This document shows, piece by piece, positions 49,625-59,472 of a stretch of DNA of 64,000 bases. A model generated the notes under the pieces. That model searched no databases and had not been told where the DNA came from. It worked only from the letters and a program-made list of their open reading frames with translations. Positions within the stretch are counted from its first letter, which is position 1. The number at the start of each line of letters is the position of its first letter. The DNA comes from Acidobacteriaceae bacterium (GTDB lineage: Bacteria; Acidobacteriota; Terriglobia; Terriglobales; Acidobacteriaceae), in NCBI GenBank assembly GCA_050014235.1, contig JBEKDS010000016.1, positions 44,760 through 108,759 of the forward strand, in the 5' to 3' direction. The position numbers were made by a program, and so were the translations under genes.

Positions 49625-49637
49625 CCCTGAGCGGCCT

Positions 49638-50213
49638 CTACCCCTGAAGCACCACCCCCGCCTGCTCCAGCTCCTCCGCCGTCGCCGGCTTCGTCGGCTC
49701 CATCTCCAGCAAATCATTAAACCGGTTGAAGTAGTTGAACAGCCCAATCGCCGCCAGCAACTCCACCACCTCACCCTCCGAGTAGAAACTCCGCAGCCGC
49801 GCAAACTCCGCATCGCTGTACCCATGCGCGTCCAGCGTCATCGCCTCCGCCAGATGGATCGCCGCCTTCTCCGCCTCGGAAAACTCCCCGCTGCCGCCCG
49901 CGTCCTTCAACGCCTCAAGCTGCTCGTCCGACCACCCCAGCCGCCGGCAGATCGCCGTATGCGACGCCAGACAGTACGGCGTCCGGTTCACCTGCGACGT
50001 CCGCACAATCGCCAGCTCCTTCAGCCGCTTCGGCAGCGTGCCCGTATTCAGCACCGCCTCCATATGCGCAATGATCGTCTCGAAGATCTCGGGCCGGTGC
50101 GCCATCGTGCGAAACATGTTCGGCACATTGCCCCGCTCTCGCAGCACACGATCGTAGATCGCAACCGAAGCTCCCGACACCTCATCCCTCTTCAACCTCG
50201 AAATCCGTGGCAT
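49638..50213 (-). CDS. Carboxymuconolactone decarboxylase/AhpD-like protein
   Basis: GNVPNMFRTMAHRP, LKELAIVRTSQVNRTPYCLASH; only one Cys at the CxxC position. Confidence 0.85.
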   Translation of the reverse strand: MPRISRLKRDEVSGASVAIYDRVLRERGNVPNMFRTMAHRPEIFETIIAHMEAVLNTGTLPKRLKELAIVRTSQVNRTPYCLASHTAICRRLGWSDEQLEALKDAGGSGEFSEAEKAAIHLAEAMTLDAHGYSDAEFARLRSFYSEGEVVELLAAIGLFNYFNRFNDLLEMEPTKPATAEELEQAGVVLQG

Positions 50214-50280
50214 GGCAAACCCTCCGGCAAACGCCCTGCCCGCATCATACCGCCGCGCCGCTCGCGCACCCAACGGCCCC

Positions 50281-50976
50281 TTACTTCGCCTCGAACCGCA
50301 CCGTCCCCAGGATCGTCATCAGCCGTCCCCGCACCTCATCCAGCTCCTTCGCCGTCACGTCCTTCACCCCCGAGACCTCGCCCCCACAAAAATTGTTCAT
50401 CGCCAGGTCGAACCGGTAACACGCGCCACGCCGGTATGTAGTGTAAGTTTCATCGCGCTGCGTAATGCAGATATCCTTCTGCTCATCGTGCCCATGCGAG
50501 AACGGAATCCCCGCAATCTGTATCTCCGCCGGCTTTTCAACCGTCGGCGCTTTTCCAGCCACTTCGGCCTCGCCCGCCGCTTGCTTCGTGCACGACCCCG
50601 CGCTCGAGCGCGGCGTCACGCTGAAATAGACGTACGCCCCGGAAAACGTCGACGCCGGAAAAGGGTTCTCCGGGATCGACACCACCGCGCGCACAACCGC
50701 CCTCCCCGGCGCCGACCGCGCATCCAGACGAAACGTGCTGATCTCGCCATCCCGCTTCGTAAAATTCCAACTAGACGGGAAATCGAACGCAACCTTGTAC
50801 ACCGGATCGCGAAACGTCCGGCGCGGATCGGCCTTCACCGAAGGCGCCGCAGCCGCCGATCCCGGCGAAAGCACCTCCGTCACCGGCGGCGGCACCGCAG
50901 CCGCCCGCAGTACAGCCTGTCCCGCCGCTCCCAGCGGCAGCACCGCAAGCAACACACACAATCCAAACCACTTCAT
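50281..50976 (-). CDS. Secreted hypothetical protein
   Basis: Signal peptide MKWFGLCVLLAVLPLGAAG; several Cys. Confidence 0.7.
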   Translation of the reverse strand: MKWFGLCVLLAVLPLGAAGQAVLRAAAVPPPVTEVLSPGSAAAAPSVKADPRRTFRDPVYKVAFDFPSSWNFTKRDGEISTFRLDARSAPGRAVVRAVVSIPENPFPASTFSGAYVYFSVTPRSSAGSCTKQAAGEAEVAGKAPTVEKPAEIQIAGIPFSHGHDEQKDICITQRDETYTTYRRGACYRFDLAMNNFCGGEVSGVKDVTAKELDEVRGRLMTILGTVRFEAK

Positions 50977-51058
50977 GCAGAGCAACTCCCGGCCCATCCT
51001 AAGCCTGCTTGTCTTCACAGTGACGCCTTCGCGCCCCGTCTGCCATGCCACTTTCGTC

Positions 51059-52006
51059 TTAGCTCCTCATCCGCGGATTCGCCACCGTATATGCCACATC
51101 CGTCAGCAGATTCACCGCAACATACGTCAACCCCACCGCCAGAATGCACCCCTGCACCAAAGCATAGTCCCGGTTCGAGATCGCCGACAGCGTCAGCCGC
51201 CCAATCCCCGGCCAGCTAAAGACCGTTTCGGTCACAATCGCCCCTGAGAGCAGGCTCCCAAACTGCAACCCCACCACCGTCAGCACTGGAATCAGCGCAT
51301 TCCCCAGCGCATGACGGTAGACCACCGCCCGCTCGCTCAGCCCCTTCGCCCGCGCCGTCCGGATGTAGTCCTGCCCCAACTCCTCCAGCATCGCCGTGCG
51401 CACCATGCGCGTCAGCACCCCCGCCAGCCCGCTGCCCAGCGTCACCGCCGGCAGCACCAGATACACCCAGAACTGCGCCCCAAACGCCCGCCCCGGCCCT
51501 GCGCCCGACACCGGCAACCACCCCAGCTTAATCGAAAACACCAGAATCAAAATCGGCCCGAGCGCGAAATTCGGAAACGAGAGCCCGCCCAAACTCACCA
51601 CCCCCAGCACCCGGTCCTGCCAGCGCCCGCGATGCAGCGCCGAGTACACCCCCGCCGGCACCGACAGCCCCACACCGATCGCCAACGCCGCCAGCGTCAG
51701 CGCCAGCGTATACGGATAGCGCTGCGCCACCAGGTGCGTCACCGAATCGTGCAGCCGCAGCGACTGCCCCAGGTCCCCATGCACCACCCCGCGCCAGTAC
51801 CGCAGATACTGCACCCCCAGCGGCGCATCCAGCCCATACGCGTGCCGCAGCGCCGACACATCCGACGCCGTCGCGCCCTCCCCCAGCATCTGGACGATAG
51901 GATCACCCGGCACCAGATGAATCAGCAGGAACACCACCGACACCACCACCCAGATCACCGGCAGCGTAATCAAAATCCGCCGCACCGGCTTGGGGATCGC
52001 CCTCAA
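51059..52006 (-). CDS. Peptide/nickel ABC permease (DppB/NikB-like)
   Basis: LIHLVPGDP, YGLDAPL, LTRMVRTAMLEEL, TARAKGL, ETVFSWPGIG. Confidence 0.92.
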   Translation of the reverse strand: MRAIPKPVRRILITLPVIWVVVSVVFLLIHLVPGDPIVQMLGEGATASDVSALRHAYGLDAPLGVQYLRYWRGVVHGDLGQSLRLHDSVTHLVAQRYPYTLALTLAALAIGVGLSVPAGVYSALHRGRWQDRVLGVVSLGGLSFPNFALGPILILVFSIKLGWLPVSGAGPGRAFGAQFWVYLVLPAVTLGSGLAGVLTRMVRTAMLEELGQDYIRTARAKGLSERAVVYRHALGNALIPVLTVVGLQFGSLLSGAIVTETVFSWPGIGRLTLSAISNRDYALVQGCILAVGLTYVAVNLLTDVAYTVANPRMRS

Positions 52007-53412
52007 CTCTTCGCCGCCAGCACAGGCAACGCCGCCTCCGCCCTCACCGTCTCCACTCGCACCCGAGCAATCCTCCGCCCCGCCATCTCAGTCACCACAA
52101 ACCGCCGCCCGCCAAACACCACACTCTCACCCACCGCCGGCAGGTGCCCGAGCTGCGCCAGCAGAAATCCCGCCAGCGTCTCCACCCCAGCCTCCCGCGG
52201 AAATACCCAGCGCAGCTGCGTGTTCAGATCCCGCAGCGTCGTACTCCCATCCAGCTGCATCACCCCCGCCGAGTTGAACCCCGCCGTCTTTCCCGCCACA
52301 TCGAACTCATCCTCCAGCTCGCCCACCACCTGCTCCAGCACGTCCTCCGCCGTCACAATCCCCACCGTCGACCCGAACTCATCCACCACCACCGCAATCT
52401 GCCGCCGCCGCTCCTGAAACTCCTGCAGCAGCTCCACCGCCAGCTTCGTCTCCGGCACTACAAACACATCGCGCATCACCTGCCTCAGCGTTAGCCCGGA
52501 GTCCACCGCACCGCCCAGTCCCAGCGTCACCGCGCGCAGATGCATCAGCCGCGAGATGTCCTTGGAATACACCACTCCCACGATCCGGTCCGGGTCCGCC
52601 GTCATCCCAGCGCCTGCGTCAGCCCGCACCTCATACACCGGGATCCGCGAGTGCTGCTCCTCCACAATCCGCGCGCTCGCCCGCTCGATCGGCATGTCCG
52701 CGGGCAGCGCGAAGATCTTGCCCCGCGGAGTCATAATCTCCCGCACCGTCACATGGTTCAGCTCAATCGCGCGATGGATAATCTGCTCCTGAAACACCGG
52801 CAGCAGCCCCATACGCCGCGTCGCGCTCGCAATCAGCTTCAACTCCTCCGGCGAGTGCACCGACCCCTCGCCCGTCAGCGGCGCGCGAAACAGCCGCAAC
52901 ACCAGCGCCGCCGAATGGTTCATCAGTCGCACCGCCGGCCGCGTCATCCGGATAAACACATCCATCGGCCCCGCAACCGCCAGCGCAATCCGCTCCGCCC
53001 GCTGCAGCGCCAGCGACTTCGGCACCAGCTCGCCCAGCAGCACCTCAAAATACGTAATCAACCCAAACGCAATCGCAATCGCCGCCACATGGGCGTATAC
53101 CACCGCGTGGGCAGGCAGCACCGGCAACCACCGGCTCGCAAGAATCAGCAGCGTGTCCGCCACCGCCGGCTCACCCAGCCATCCCAGCGCCAGGCTCGCC
53201 AGCGTCACCCCAAACTGCACCGCCGGCAGAAACTCATCAATCGAGTGCTTCAGCTTCAGCGCGGTATGCGCACCCGGCCGCCCCTGCGCCAGCAGCTGCT
53301 CCATCCGCGTCTCGCGCACGCTGATCAGCGCAAACTCCGCAGCCACAAAAAAACTGTTGGCCAGGATGAACAAGGCCACCATGACCGCGCGGAAGAGCAT
53401 CCATTCCAGCAT
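52003..53412 (-). CDS. Hemolysin-family CNNM/CBS/CorC-HlyC protein
   Basis: FFVAAEFAL, GELVPK, HSRIPVY, VDEFG, EDVLEQVVGEL, TLAGF. Confidence 0.92.
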   Translation of the reverse strand: MLEWMLFRAVMVALFILANSFFVAAEFALISVRETRMEQLLAQGRPGAHTALKLKHSIDEFLPAVQFGVTLASLALGWLGEPAVADTLLILASRWLPVLPAHAVVYAHVAAIAIAFGLITYFEVLLGELVPKSLALQRAERIALAVAGPMDVFIRMTRPAVRLMNHSAALVLRLFRAPLTGEGSVHSPEELKLIASATRRMGLLPVFQEQIIHRAIELNHVTVREIMTPRGKIFALPADMPIERASARIVEEQHSRIPVYEVRADAGAGMTADPDRIVGVVYSKDISRLMHLRAVTLGLGGAVDSGLTLRQVMRDVFVVPETKLAVELLQEFQERRRQIAVVVDEFGSTVGIVTAEDVLEQVVGELEDEFDVAGKTAGFNSAGVMQLDGSTTLRDLNTQLRWVFPREAGVETLAGFLLAQLGHLPAVGESVVFGGRRFVVTEMAGRRIARVRVETVRAEAALPVLAAKS

Positions 53413-53675
53413 GGAATGAGTGTAAAGGTTGATTTGCAGTCGATGCGCAAACCAGTCGGACGAAACTCCATTCGCATCGGAACGCGCAGCTTGCAGCAAG
53501 GTCCAGGTACCTGGCAGAAATGGGCAAGCCAGCCGGTTCGAACCCAGCGGGATCGGCTTGCAAAAAAATCTGTCGACGAGAATCTGCGGAACAGTCTATA
53601 TTTTTCGGGATGTTAACCTTAGCGCAAACAGGACCGGTTCAAGAGGTAGGGCATGTCCCGAAGGCAAGGCATGGT

Positions 53676-54526
53676 ATGGAGGCTAGGCGCGATCTCTGTT
53701 TGCTCTGTAGACGCCCGCTCCGGCACTAGATGTCGGTGCCCATCGACATAAGGAAAGAGTCGCCGTGTGACTACGGTCAGCTCTATCGCTGTGCGGACTG
53801 CTCCTTCGGGATGACCCTCCCGCGGCCCACGCCCGCCGAGATTGCCACCTTCTACGACCTCACAAGCTACTACACCCACGGCGAGTGTCATATGGCCGAG
53901 CGAGGCGCAAGAACGCTCTTTGATCGATTGCGTCTCTATCTCGCCTGGAAGTTGGACTTCGGAGAGACCCTGACCGCGGGAATGGTCCATCAAATCCTCG
54001 GCGGCCGGCCGGCCGATGTCTGCGACATTGGCTGCGGCGCAGGCGACTTCCCCCTCGAACTGAAGGCCATCGGCCACCGCATTGAGGGCATAGAGATTGA
54101 TTCGGTCGCAGTGGACCTAGGTAGAAAAAGGGGGGGCTCACCGTCCACACCCGGCTCAGTCGAAACTCTTCCCCGTGCAGTCGTCGGACGCCAGTTCGAT
54201 CTCGTCATCATGCGGCACGTCCTGGAACATTTGCTGGATCCGATCGAGGCAGTTCGAACCACCAAGAGCCTGGTTCGCCCCGGAGGTCTGTTCATCTGCG
54301 TCGTTCCCAACAACGCCGCACAGGGCCTCGCCAGCGCCGGTGAGACATGGGAGCCGCTCGACGTTCCGCGGCACTTGAACTTCTTCATCCCGGAAAACCT
54401 GCGCACCATCTGTCAGCGTGCCGGACTCACTCCTCCTCACGCGCCTGGAGGCTCTTGGTCCGGTCGGCGTTCGCAAAGAAATCGGCGAAGTACGACCAGG
54501 TTGGCATCATCGCCCAAATGCCCTGA
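53676..54526 (+). pseudogene. Zinc-ribbon class I SAM methyltransferase, disrupted
   Basis: MEARRDLCLLCRRPLRH-TAG-MSVPID in one frame; CADC; DIGCGAG, HVLEHL, PRHL; C-terminus RAWRLL...KYDQVGIIA lies in another frame after about 54430. Confidence 0.75.
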
Positions 54527-54628
54527 ATCGCGCTGCCCAAGCTCAGGCCCACCTTAGATCACGCCGCCCCAGCTCCCGCCCGCACGAGAGAGATCCACCC
54601 GCCGCTGGCGTCTCCATCGCCCCACTGC

Positions 54629-54961
54629 CTACGCAAGCACCTTCACGATCGACTTGTCGATCGTGTCCTTGGGCACATACCCAACGATCTGCTCGGCCAC
54701 CTTGCCGCCCTTGAACAGCAGCAGCGCCGGAATCCCCCGGATCCCATAACGCATCGGCGTCGCCGTGTTCGCGTCGACATCCATCTTCATCACCTTCAGC
54801 TTGCCGTTGTAATGCGACGCAACCTCATCCACCACCGGAGCCAGCGCCCGGCACGGCCCGCACCAGGCCGCCCAGAAATCCACCAAAACAGGGGTCTCCG
54901 ACTGCAACACTTCCTTCTCAAAATCGGCGTCGTTGACCGCCGTCACAAACTGTCCTGCCAT
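54629..54961 (-). CDS. trxA: Thioredoxin
   Basis: [17 protein letters not shown]. Confidence 0.97.
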   Translation of the reverse strand: MAGQFVTAVNDADFEKEVLQSETPVLVDFWAAWCGPCRALAPVVDEVASHYNGKLKVMKMDVDANTATPMRYGIRGIPALLLFKGGKVAEQIVGYVPKDTIDKSIVKVLA

Positions 54962-55107
54962 CTCCAGTTCCTCCCGCTACTGTGCCGGGAGGGCACGTAG
55001 GCGTACATCAAGCTTATCTCTCCAAAACTCTAACCATAATAGATGCGCCCGGCGCGCCAGCGGTGCAAATCGCGGGCGACGGGTCGCGTCGTGCCCAAAA
55101 GAGTAAC

Positions 55108-55142
55108 GCCCGCTGATCGTCATTGGACGAATCAGCGGGCGG
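55108..55142. other. Intergenic inverted repeat between thrB and trxA (possible terminator or processing stem)
   Basis: cgcccgctgat...atcagcgggcg; no clear U-tract. Confidence 0.4.
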
Positions 55143-55277
55143 CGTAGCAGCCCTCCCCAGAACTGCACACAGGCACATATTATGGAGGCGATCTTGCGAA
55201 GTAAAGGGCTATTTCAGGTCACTCTGGTAACCTGCCGCCGGGGGCCCCCTCCCGCCGCCAATCGCGGCCCTTTCGCA

Positions 55278-56204
55278 TCACTCTGCGGCCTCAGGAAACT
55301 CCAAGGAAACCCCGCCCCCCACCCGCGTCTCGACCACCTCCAAACCGGGATCGCCCGCCGCCTCCCGAATCCGCTCCACAACCTCATCCCCTGCCGCATC
55401 AACATCCACCACCGCCAACACCCCCGGCCCCGCCCCGCTCAACGCCACCCCCAGTACCCCGCCCTTTCCGGCCAGCGGCAGCAACCGCTCCAGCAGCGGA
55501 CAAGCCGCCATCCGGTACGGCTGGTGCATCCGGTCCTGCATCGCGACCTGCAACAGATCGCCCCGCCCCAGCGCAAACGCAGCCACCAGAAGCCCCGTAC
55601 GTTGCACATTCGCCACCGCATCCGCCCGGCTGTAGCTCTCCGGCAGCATCGCCCGTGCCCGCCCCGTCGATAGACTCGCCTCCGGCAGCACCAGGAACAG
55701 CCTCCACCCCACCCCCTGCCCGCACGTCGCCGCCACCACCCGCCCCGCCTCCACCGCGGACACCGTCATATACCCCAGTGCGCACGCCGCCACATTGTCC
55801 GGATGCCCCTCCCGCCGGCCAGCCTCCTCCAGACACTCCTGCGTCCCCCACCCCAGCCCGCCAAAGTGGTTGGCCAGCATCACCCCGCCCAGCAGCGCCG
55901 CCGCGCTCGACCCACACCCCATCCCCAGCGGGATCTCGTTCGCAATCCTCAGATGCAGCGGCAGGGGCTCCCTTTCCGCTTGCCTCATGACGTCCCGGAA
56001 AGTCTCATAGATCATGTTGTTAGCCGTGCGCCCACACCGGTCCGCATTTCGCCCGGTCGCCTCAATCGTCAGCGGCCCGCCGCCGTCCTCCGCCCGCTCC
56101 TCCGCCTCAATCGTCAACGAAAGCTCCATCGCCAGCCCCACAGCATCGAAGCCGGGACCAAGGTTCGCGGAAGTAGCCGGAAGACGGAGTCGAATGGGAC
56201 GCAT
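55278..56204 (-). CDS. thrB: Homoserine kinase
   Basis: PATSANLGPGFD, PLGMGCGSS, EGHPDN, LSGAGP. Confidence 0.96.
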   Translation of the reverse strand: MRPIRLRLPATSANLGPGFDAVGLAMELSLTIEAEERAEDGGGPLTIEATGRNADRCGRTANNMIYETFRDVMRQAEREPLPLHLRIANEIPLGMGCGSSAAALLGGVMLANHFGGLGWGTQECLEEAGRREGHPDNVAACALGYMTVSAVEAGRVVAATCGQGVGWRLFLVLPEASLSTGRARAMLPESYSRADAVANVQRTGLLVAAFALGRGDLLQVAMQDRMHQPYRMAACPLLERLLPLAGKGGVLGVALSGAGPGVLAVVDVDAAGDEVVERIREAAGDPGLEVVETRVGGGVSLEFPEAAE

Positions 56205-56287
56205 GGAAGGACATCCATGATTCTACTCGGGATGCTGAGAACAGCGGGACGCAAACACCGCGGCCTCACATCGTCGTGCCTCGCCGC

Positions 56288-57682
56288 TCACACCGGCTGC
56301 ACCACCTGCGCCCCCTGCATATACGGCTCCAGCGCTCGCAGCACCACATCCGAGTCCGCCTCCAGCACCATCGGCGGCTTCCTCAACCGCTCGTGCTCCG
56401 CAATCTCCGCCGCAGTCGCCCCAGCCGTCTCCGCCGCCGTCAACAGCGCCCCGCGGTGGTAGTCGATCGTATAAGCCGAGTCCTTCAGCGTATGCCCCGT
56501 CAGGATCAGTACCACCCGGTCCTCCCGCGTCACCCTCCCCTGCGCCACCATCTTCTTCAGCCCCGCCAGCGTCACCGCCGACGCAGGCTCGCAGCCCACG
56601 CCCTCCGCGCCAATCTCCGCCTTGGCCAGCGCAATCTCCTGCTCGCTGGCCTGCTCGCACCACCCGCCCATCTCTTCAATCACCTTTGCCGCCTTCTTCC
56701 AGCTCGCGGGGTTGCCAATCCTTATCGCCGTCGCCCGCGTCTCCGCCTCCACCGGCTTCATCTCGCGGTTGGCGTCGTTGAACCACAGATACAGCGGGTT
56801 CGCCCCCTGTGCCTGGATCACGCTGATCTTCGGCACCCGCCGGATCAACCCCAGATGCTTCATCTCCAAAAACCCCTTGCCCAGCGCAGACGAGTTCGCC
56901 AGGTTCCCGCCCGGCACCACGATATGCTCCGGCACCTGCCACTCCATCTGCTCCAGCATCTCCATCGCCGGAGTCTTCTGTCCCTCCAGCCGGTATGGGT
57001 TCACCGAGTTCAGCAGATAGATCGGGAACTTCCTCACCAGCTCCAGCAGCAACCGCACGCACCCATCGAAGTCCGTCTTCAACTGCACCGTCATCGCCCC
57101 GTAATCCATCGACTGCGACAGCTTGCCCCACGCAATCTTCCCCTCCGGAATAAACACCAGCGACCGCAGCCCCGCTCGCGCCGCATACGCCGCCATCGCC
57201 GCCGACGTATTCCCCGTCGACGCGCACGCCACCCACTGGAACCCGCGCTCCACCGCCACGCTCAGCGCCGCCGTCATCCCCGTGTCTTTGAACGATGCCG
57301 TCGGATTCATCCCCTGGTGCTTCGCCAGCAGCCAGTCGATCCCCACCAGCTGCGCGCACTGCGGCATCTCATACAACGGCGTATTGCCCTCGCGCAGCGT
57401 CACCACATTGTCGAAGTTCTTCACAATCGGCAACAGCTCGCGGAACCGCCAAACCCCGCTCTGGTCCACCGCCATCGTCGACGTCCGCCGCTCCTGCCAC
57501 AGATGCCGCATCCCCCCCGGATTCGGCAGCCGCACGTCAGCCGCTGCATCGACACCAGGACTCCACGGATACACCACCTCATACAACCCATCGCACTCCG
57601 GGCAGCGAAAATCCGCCGTGCTCGCCTCGGCCGCAATCCTCGCCCCGCAGTTCGTGCATCGTAGTTGATGGGTCGCGTTCAT
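56288..57682 (-). CDS. thrC: Threonine synthase
   Basis: NPTASFKDTG, CASTGNTSAAMAAYA, NSVNPYRLEG, PGGNL, CEPASA. Confidence 0.96.
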   Translation of the reverse strand: MNATHQLRCTNCGARIAAEASTADFRCPECDGLYEVVYPWSPGVDAAADVRLPNPGGMRHLWQERRTSTMAVDQSGVWRFRELLPIVKNFDNVVTLREGNTPLYEMPQCAQLVGIDWLLAKHQGMNPTASFKDTGMTAALSVAVERGFQWVACASTGNTSAAMAAYAARAGLRSLVFIPEGKIAWGKLSQSMDYGAMTVQLKTDFDGCVRLLLELVRKFPIYLLNSVNPYRLEGQKTPAMEMLEQMEWQVPEHIVVPGGNLANSSALGKGFLEMKHLGLIRRVPKISVIQAQGANPLYLWFNDANREMKPVEAETRATAIRIGNPASWKKAAKVIEEMGGWCEQASEQEIALAKAEIGAEGVGCEPASAVTLAGLKKMVAQGRVTREDRVVLILTGHTLKDSAYTIDYHRGALLTAAETAGATAAEIAEHERLRKPPMVLEADSDVVLRALEPYMQGAQVVQPV

Positions 57683-57749
57683 CGTCGTACCGTCAACCTA
57701 TTGTATGCGCCGAATCAAGCGACCAAAGATATCCGAGGTATCCACCCGC

Positions 57750-58547
57750 ATGACCCCTTCGCGCCCCACTCGCCTCGCCCTCACCTTCGCCATCCTCCTC
57801 GGCCTCGCGGCATCCAGCCCGACGCGAAGCAACGCGCAATCGTCCCCACCCCGCGAGGTCCACGTCCTCGCCGCCGCCGACCTCCAATCCGTCCTGCCCA
57901 GCCTCGCCGCCGCATTCGAGCACGCCACCGGAATCAAACTCATCCCCACCTTCGGCTCCTCCGCAACCCTCGCCACGCAGGTCCTCAACGGCGACCCCGC
58001 CGACCTCTTCCTCTCCGCCGACTTCAGCTACCCCGAACAAATCATCGCCGCCTCGCTCGCCGACACCGCCTCGCCCATCCCCTACGCCCGCGGCACCCTC
58101 GTCCTCTTCGCGCGCAAAGACTCGCCCCTCCAGCCACTCACCCAGAACACCCTCTCCGACCCCCGCGTCCAATCCATCGCCATCGCCGACCCCATGCACG
58201 CGCCCTACGGCGTCGCCGCCCAGCGCGCCCTCTTCAGCATGAAGCTCGAGGACAAGCTCAAATCCCACATCGTGATCGCAGAAAATGTCGCTCAGGCCGC
58301 GCAGTTCGTCGAGTCCGGCAACGCCCAGCTCGGCTTCATCTCCCTCACCCTCGCCTCCTCCGAACACATGCAACAGATCGGCTCCTTCATCCGCATGCAG
58401 CCCGGCACCTACCCACCCCTTAATCAGTGCGCCGTCGTCATGAAGAGCTCCGCCCACCGCGCCGACGCCCACGCCTTCCTCGACTGGCTGCGCTCCCCAC
58501 CCATCCAGCGCAACCTCGCCGCCCTCGGCCTCGACCCCATCCAATAA
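57750..58547 (+). CDS. modA: Molybdate ABC substrate-binding protein
   Basis: AAADL, FGSSATL, FLSAD, HAPYGVAA, AENVAQA. Confidence 0.95.
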   Translation: MTPSRPTRLALTFAILLGLAASSPTRSNAQSSPPREVHVLAAADLQSVLPSLAAAFEHATGIKLIPTFGSSATLATQVLNGDPADLFLSADFSYPEQIIAASLADTASPIPYARGTLVLFARKDSPLQPLTQNTLSDPRVQSIAIADPMHAPYGVAAQRALFSMKLEDKLKSHIVIAENVAQAAQFVESGNAQLGFISLTLASSEHMQQIGSFIRMQPGTYPPLNQCAVVMKSSAHRADAHAFLDWLRSPPIQRNLAALGLDPIQ

Positions 58548-58564
58548 CCACGACAGATTTTCAC

Positions 58565-58596
58565 GCTGACCGCTGAAAGCTGACAGCTGACCGCTG
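58565..58596 (+). repeat. Heptamer tandem repeat (gctgaNN)
   Basis: gctgacc gctgaaa gctgaca gctgacc gctg. Confidence 0.75.
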
Positions 58597-58628
58597 TCCA
58601 AGAAAGAGCCTCCCTCGCCTCATCGGCC

Positions 58629-58701
58629 GGGTGCCCCATCCATCGCAGCGCGATGCTCCCTGCGGGCGGTCTTCGCTCGCTGGGGCGGCAAGATGGGTGG
58701 G
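58629..58701. repeat. REP-like element
   Basis: gggtgccccatccatc...gatgggtggg. Confidence 0.7.
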
Positions 58702-58730
58702 ATGTAAAAGGGCAGACCGACCCACCCGCC

Positions 58731-58786
58731 ACTCGCCACTCGCAACTCATAACTCACAACTCACAACTCACAACTCACAACTCACA
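58731..58786 (+). repeat. Heptamer tandem repeat (actcaca), 8 units
   Basis: actcgcc actcgca actcata then five actcaca, ending just before the modB RBS region. Confidence 0.85.
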
Positions 58787-58803
58787 ACTAAACTAACTCC
58801 AGC

Positions 58804-59472
58804 ATGGACACCCAAGCCCTCTTCCTCACCCTGCGTCTCGCCCTCAGCACCACCATCCTCCTCCTCCTGCTCGCTCTTCCCCTCGCCCGTTGGATCGCCG
58901 CCGGCTCCGGCCCCCTCCGCGCCCTCGCCCAGGCCATCGTCGCCCTCCCGCTCGTTCTTCCCCCCACCGTCCTCGGCTTCTATCTCCTCGTCGCTCTCGG
59001 CCCGCTCACCGCCCCCGGCCGCTTCATCATCCACCTCCTCGGACATCCACTCGCCTTCTCCTTCTCCGGCCTCCTCGTCGGCTCCATCCTCTACAGCCTT
59101 CCCTTCGCCGTGCAACCCCTCGTCTCCGGATTCCGTGCCATCGACCCCGCCCTGCTCGAAGCCGCCGCAACCCTCGGAGCCTCGCCCCTTCGCGCCTTCC
59201 GCACCATCACCCTCTCTCTCGCCGGACCCTCCATCCTCACCGCCGCCGTCCTCACCTTCACCCACACCGTCGGCGAGTTCGGCGTCGTCCTCATGCTTGG
59301 CGGCAACATCCCTGGCGCCACCCGCACCCTCTCCATCGTCCTCTACGACCAGGTCCAGAACTTCGACTACGCCGCCGCCAACCGCACCGCCCTTACCCTG
59401 CTCGCCTTCTCGCTCCTCACCCTCGTCGCCATCTACTGGCGCCGTTCCGAGAGGAGGTCCCTCCTTGCCTGA
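58804..59472 (+). CDS. modB: Molybdate ABC permease
   Basis: LPLVLPPTVLGFYLL, EAAATLGA, GEFGVVLMLGGNIPG. Confidence 0.95.
   Translation: MDTQALFLTLRLALSTTILLLLLALPLARWIAAGSGPLRALAQAIVALPLVLPPTVLGFYLLVALGPLTAPGRFIIHLLGHPLAFSFSGLLVGSILYSLPFAVQPLVSGFRAIDPALLEAAATLGASPLRAFRTITLSLAGPSILTAAVLTFTHTVGEFGVVLMLGGNIPGATRTLSIVLYDQVQNFDYAAANRTALTLLAFSLLTLVAIYWRRSERRSLLA

Noticed and set aside
53727-53729. Pyrrolysine or amber recoding in the methyltransferase
   Set aside because: A second frameshift in the same gene points to ordinary decay; no pyl genes are seen.
57683-57749. Threonine attenuator upstream of thrC
   Set aside because: The 67-bp divergent spacer has no Thr/Ile-rich leader or terminator.
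58565-58786. CRISPR array
   Set aside because: Units are 7-bp tandem repeats with no unique spacers and no cas genes.
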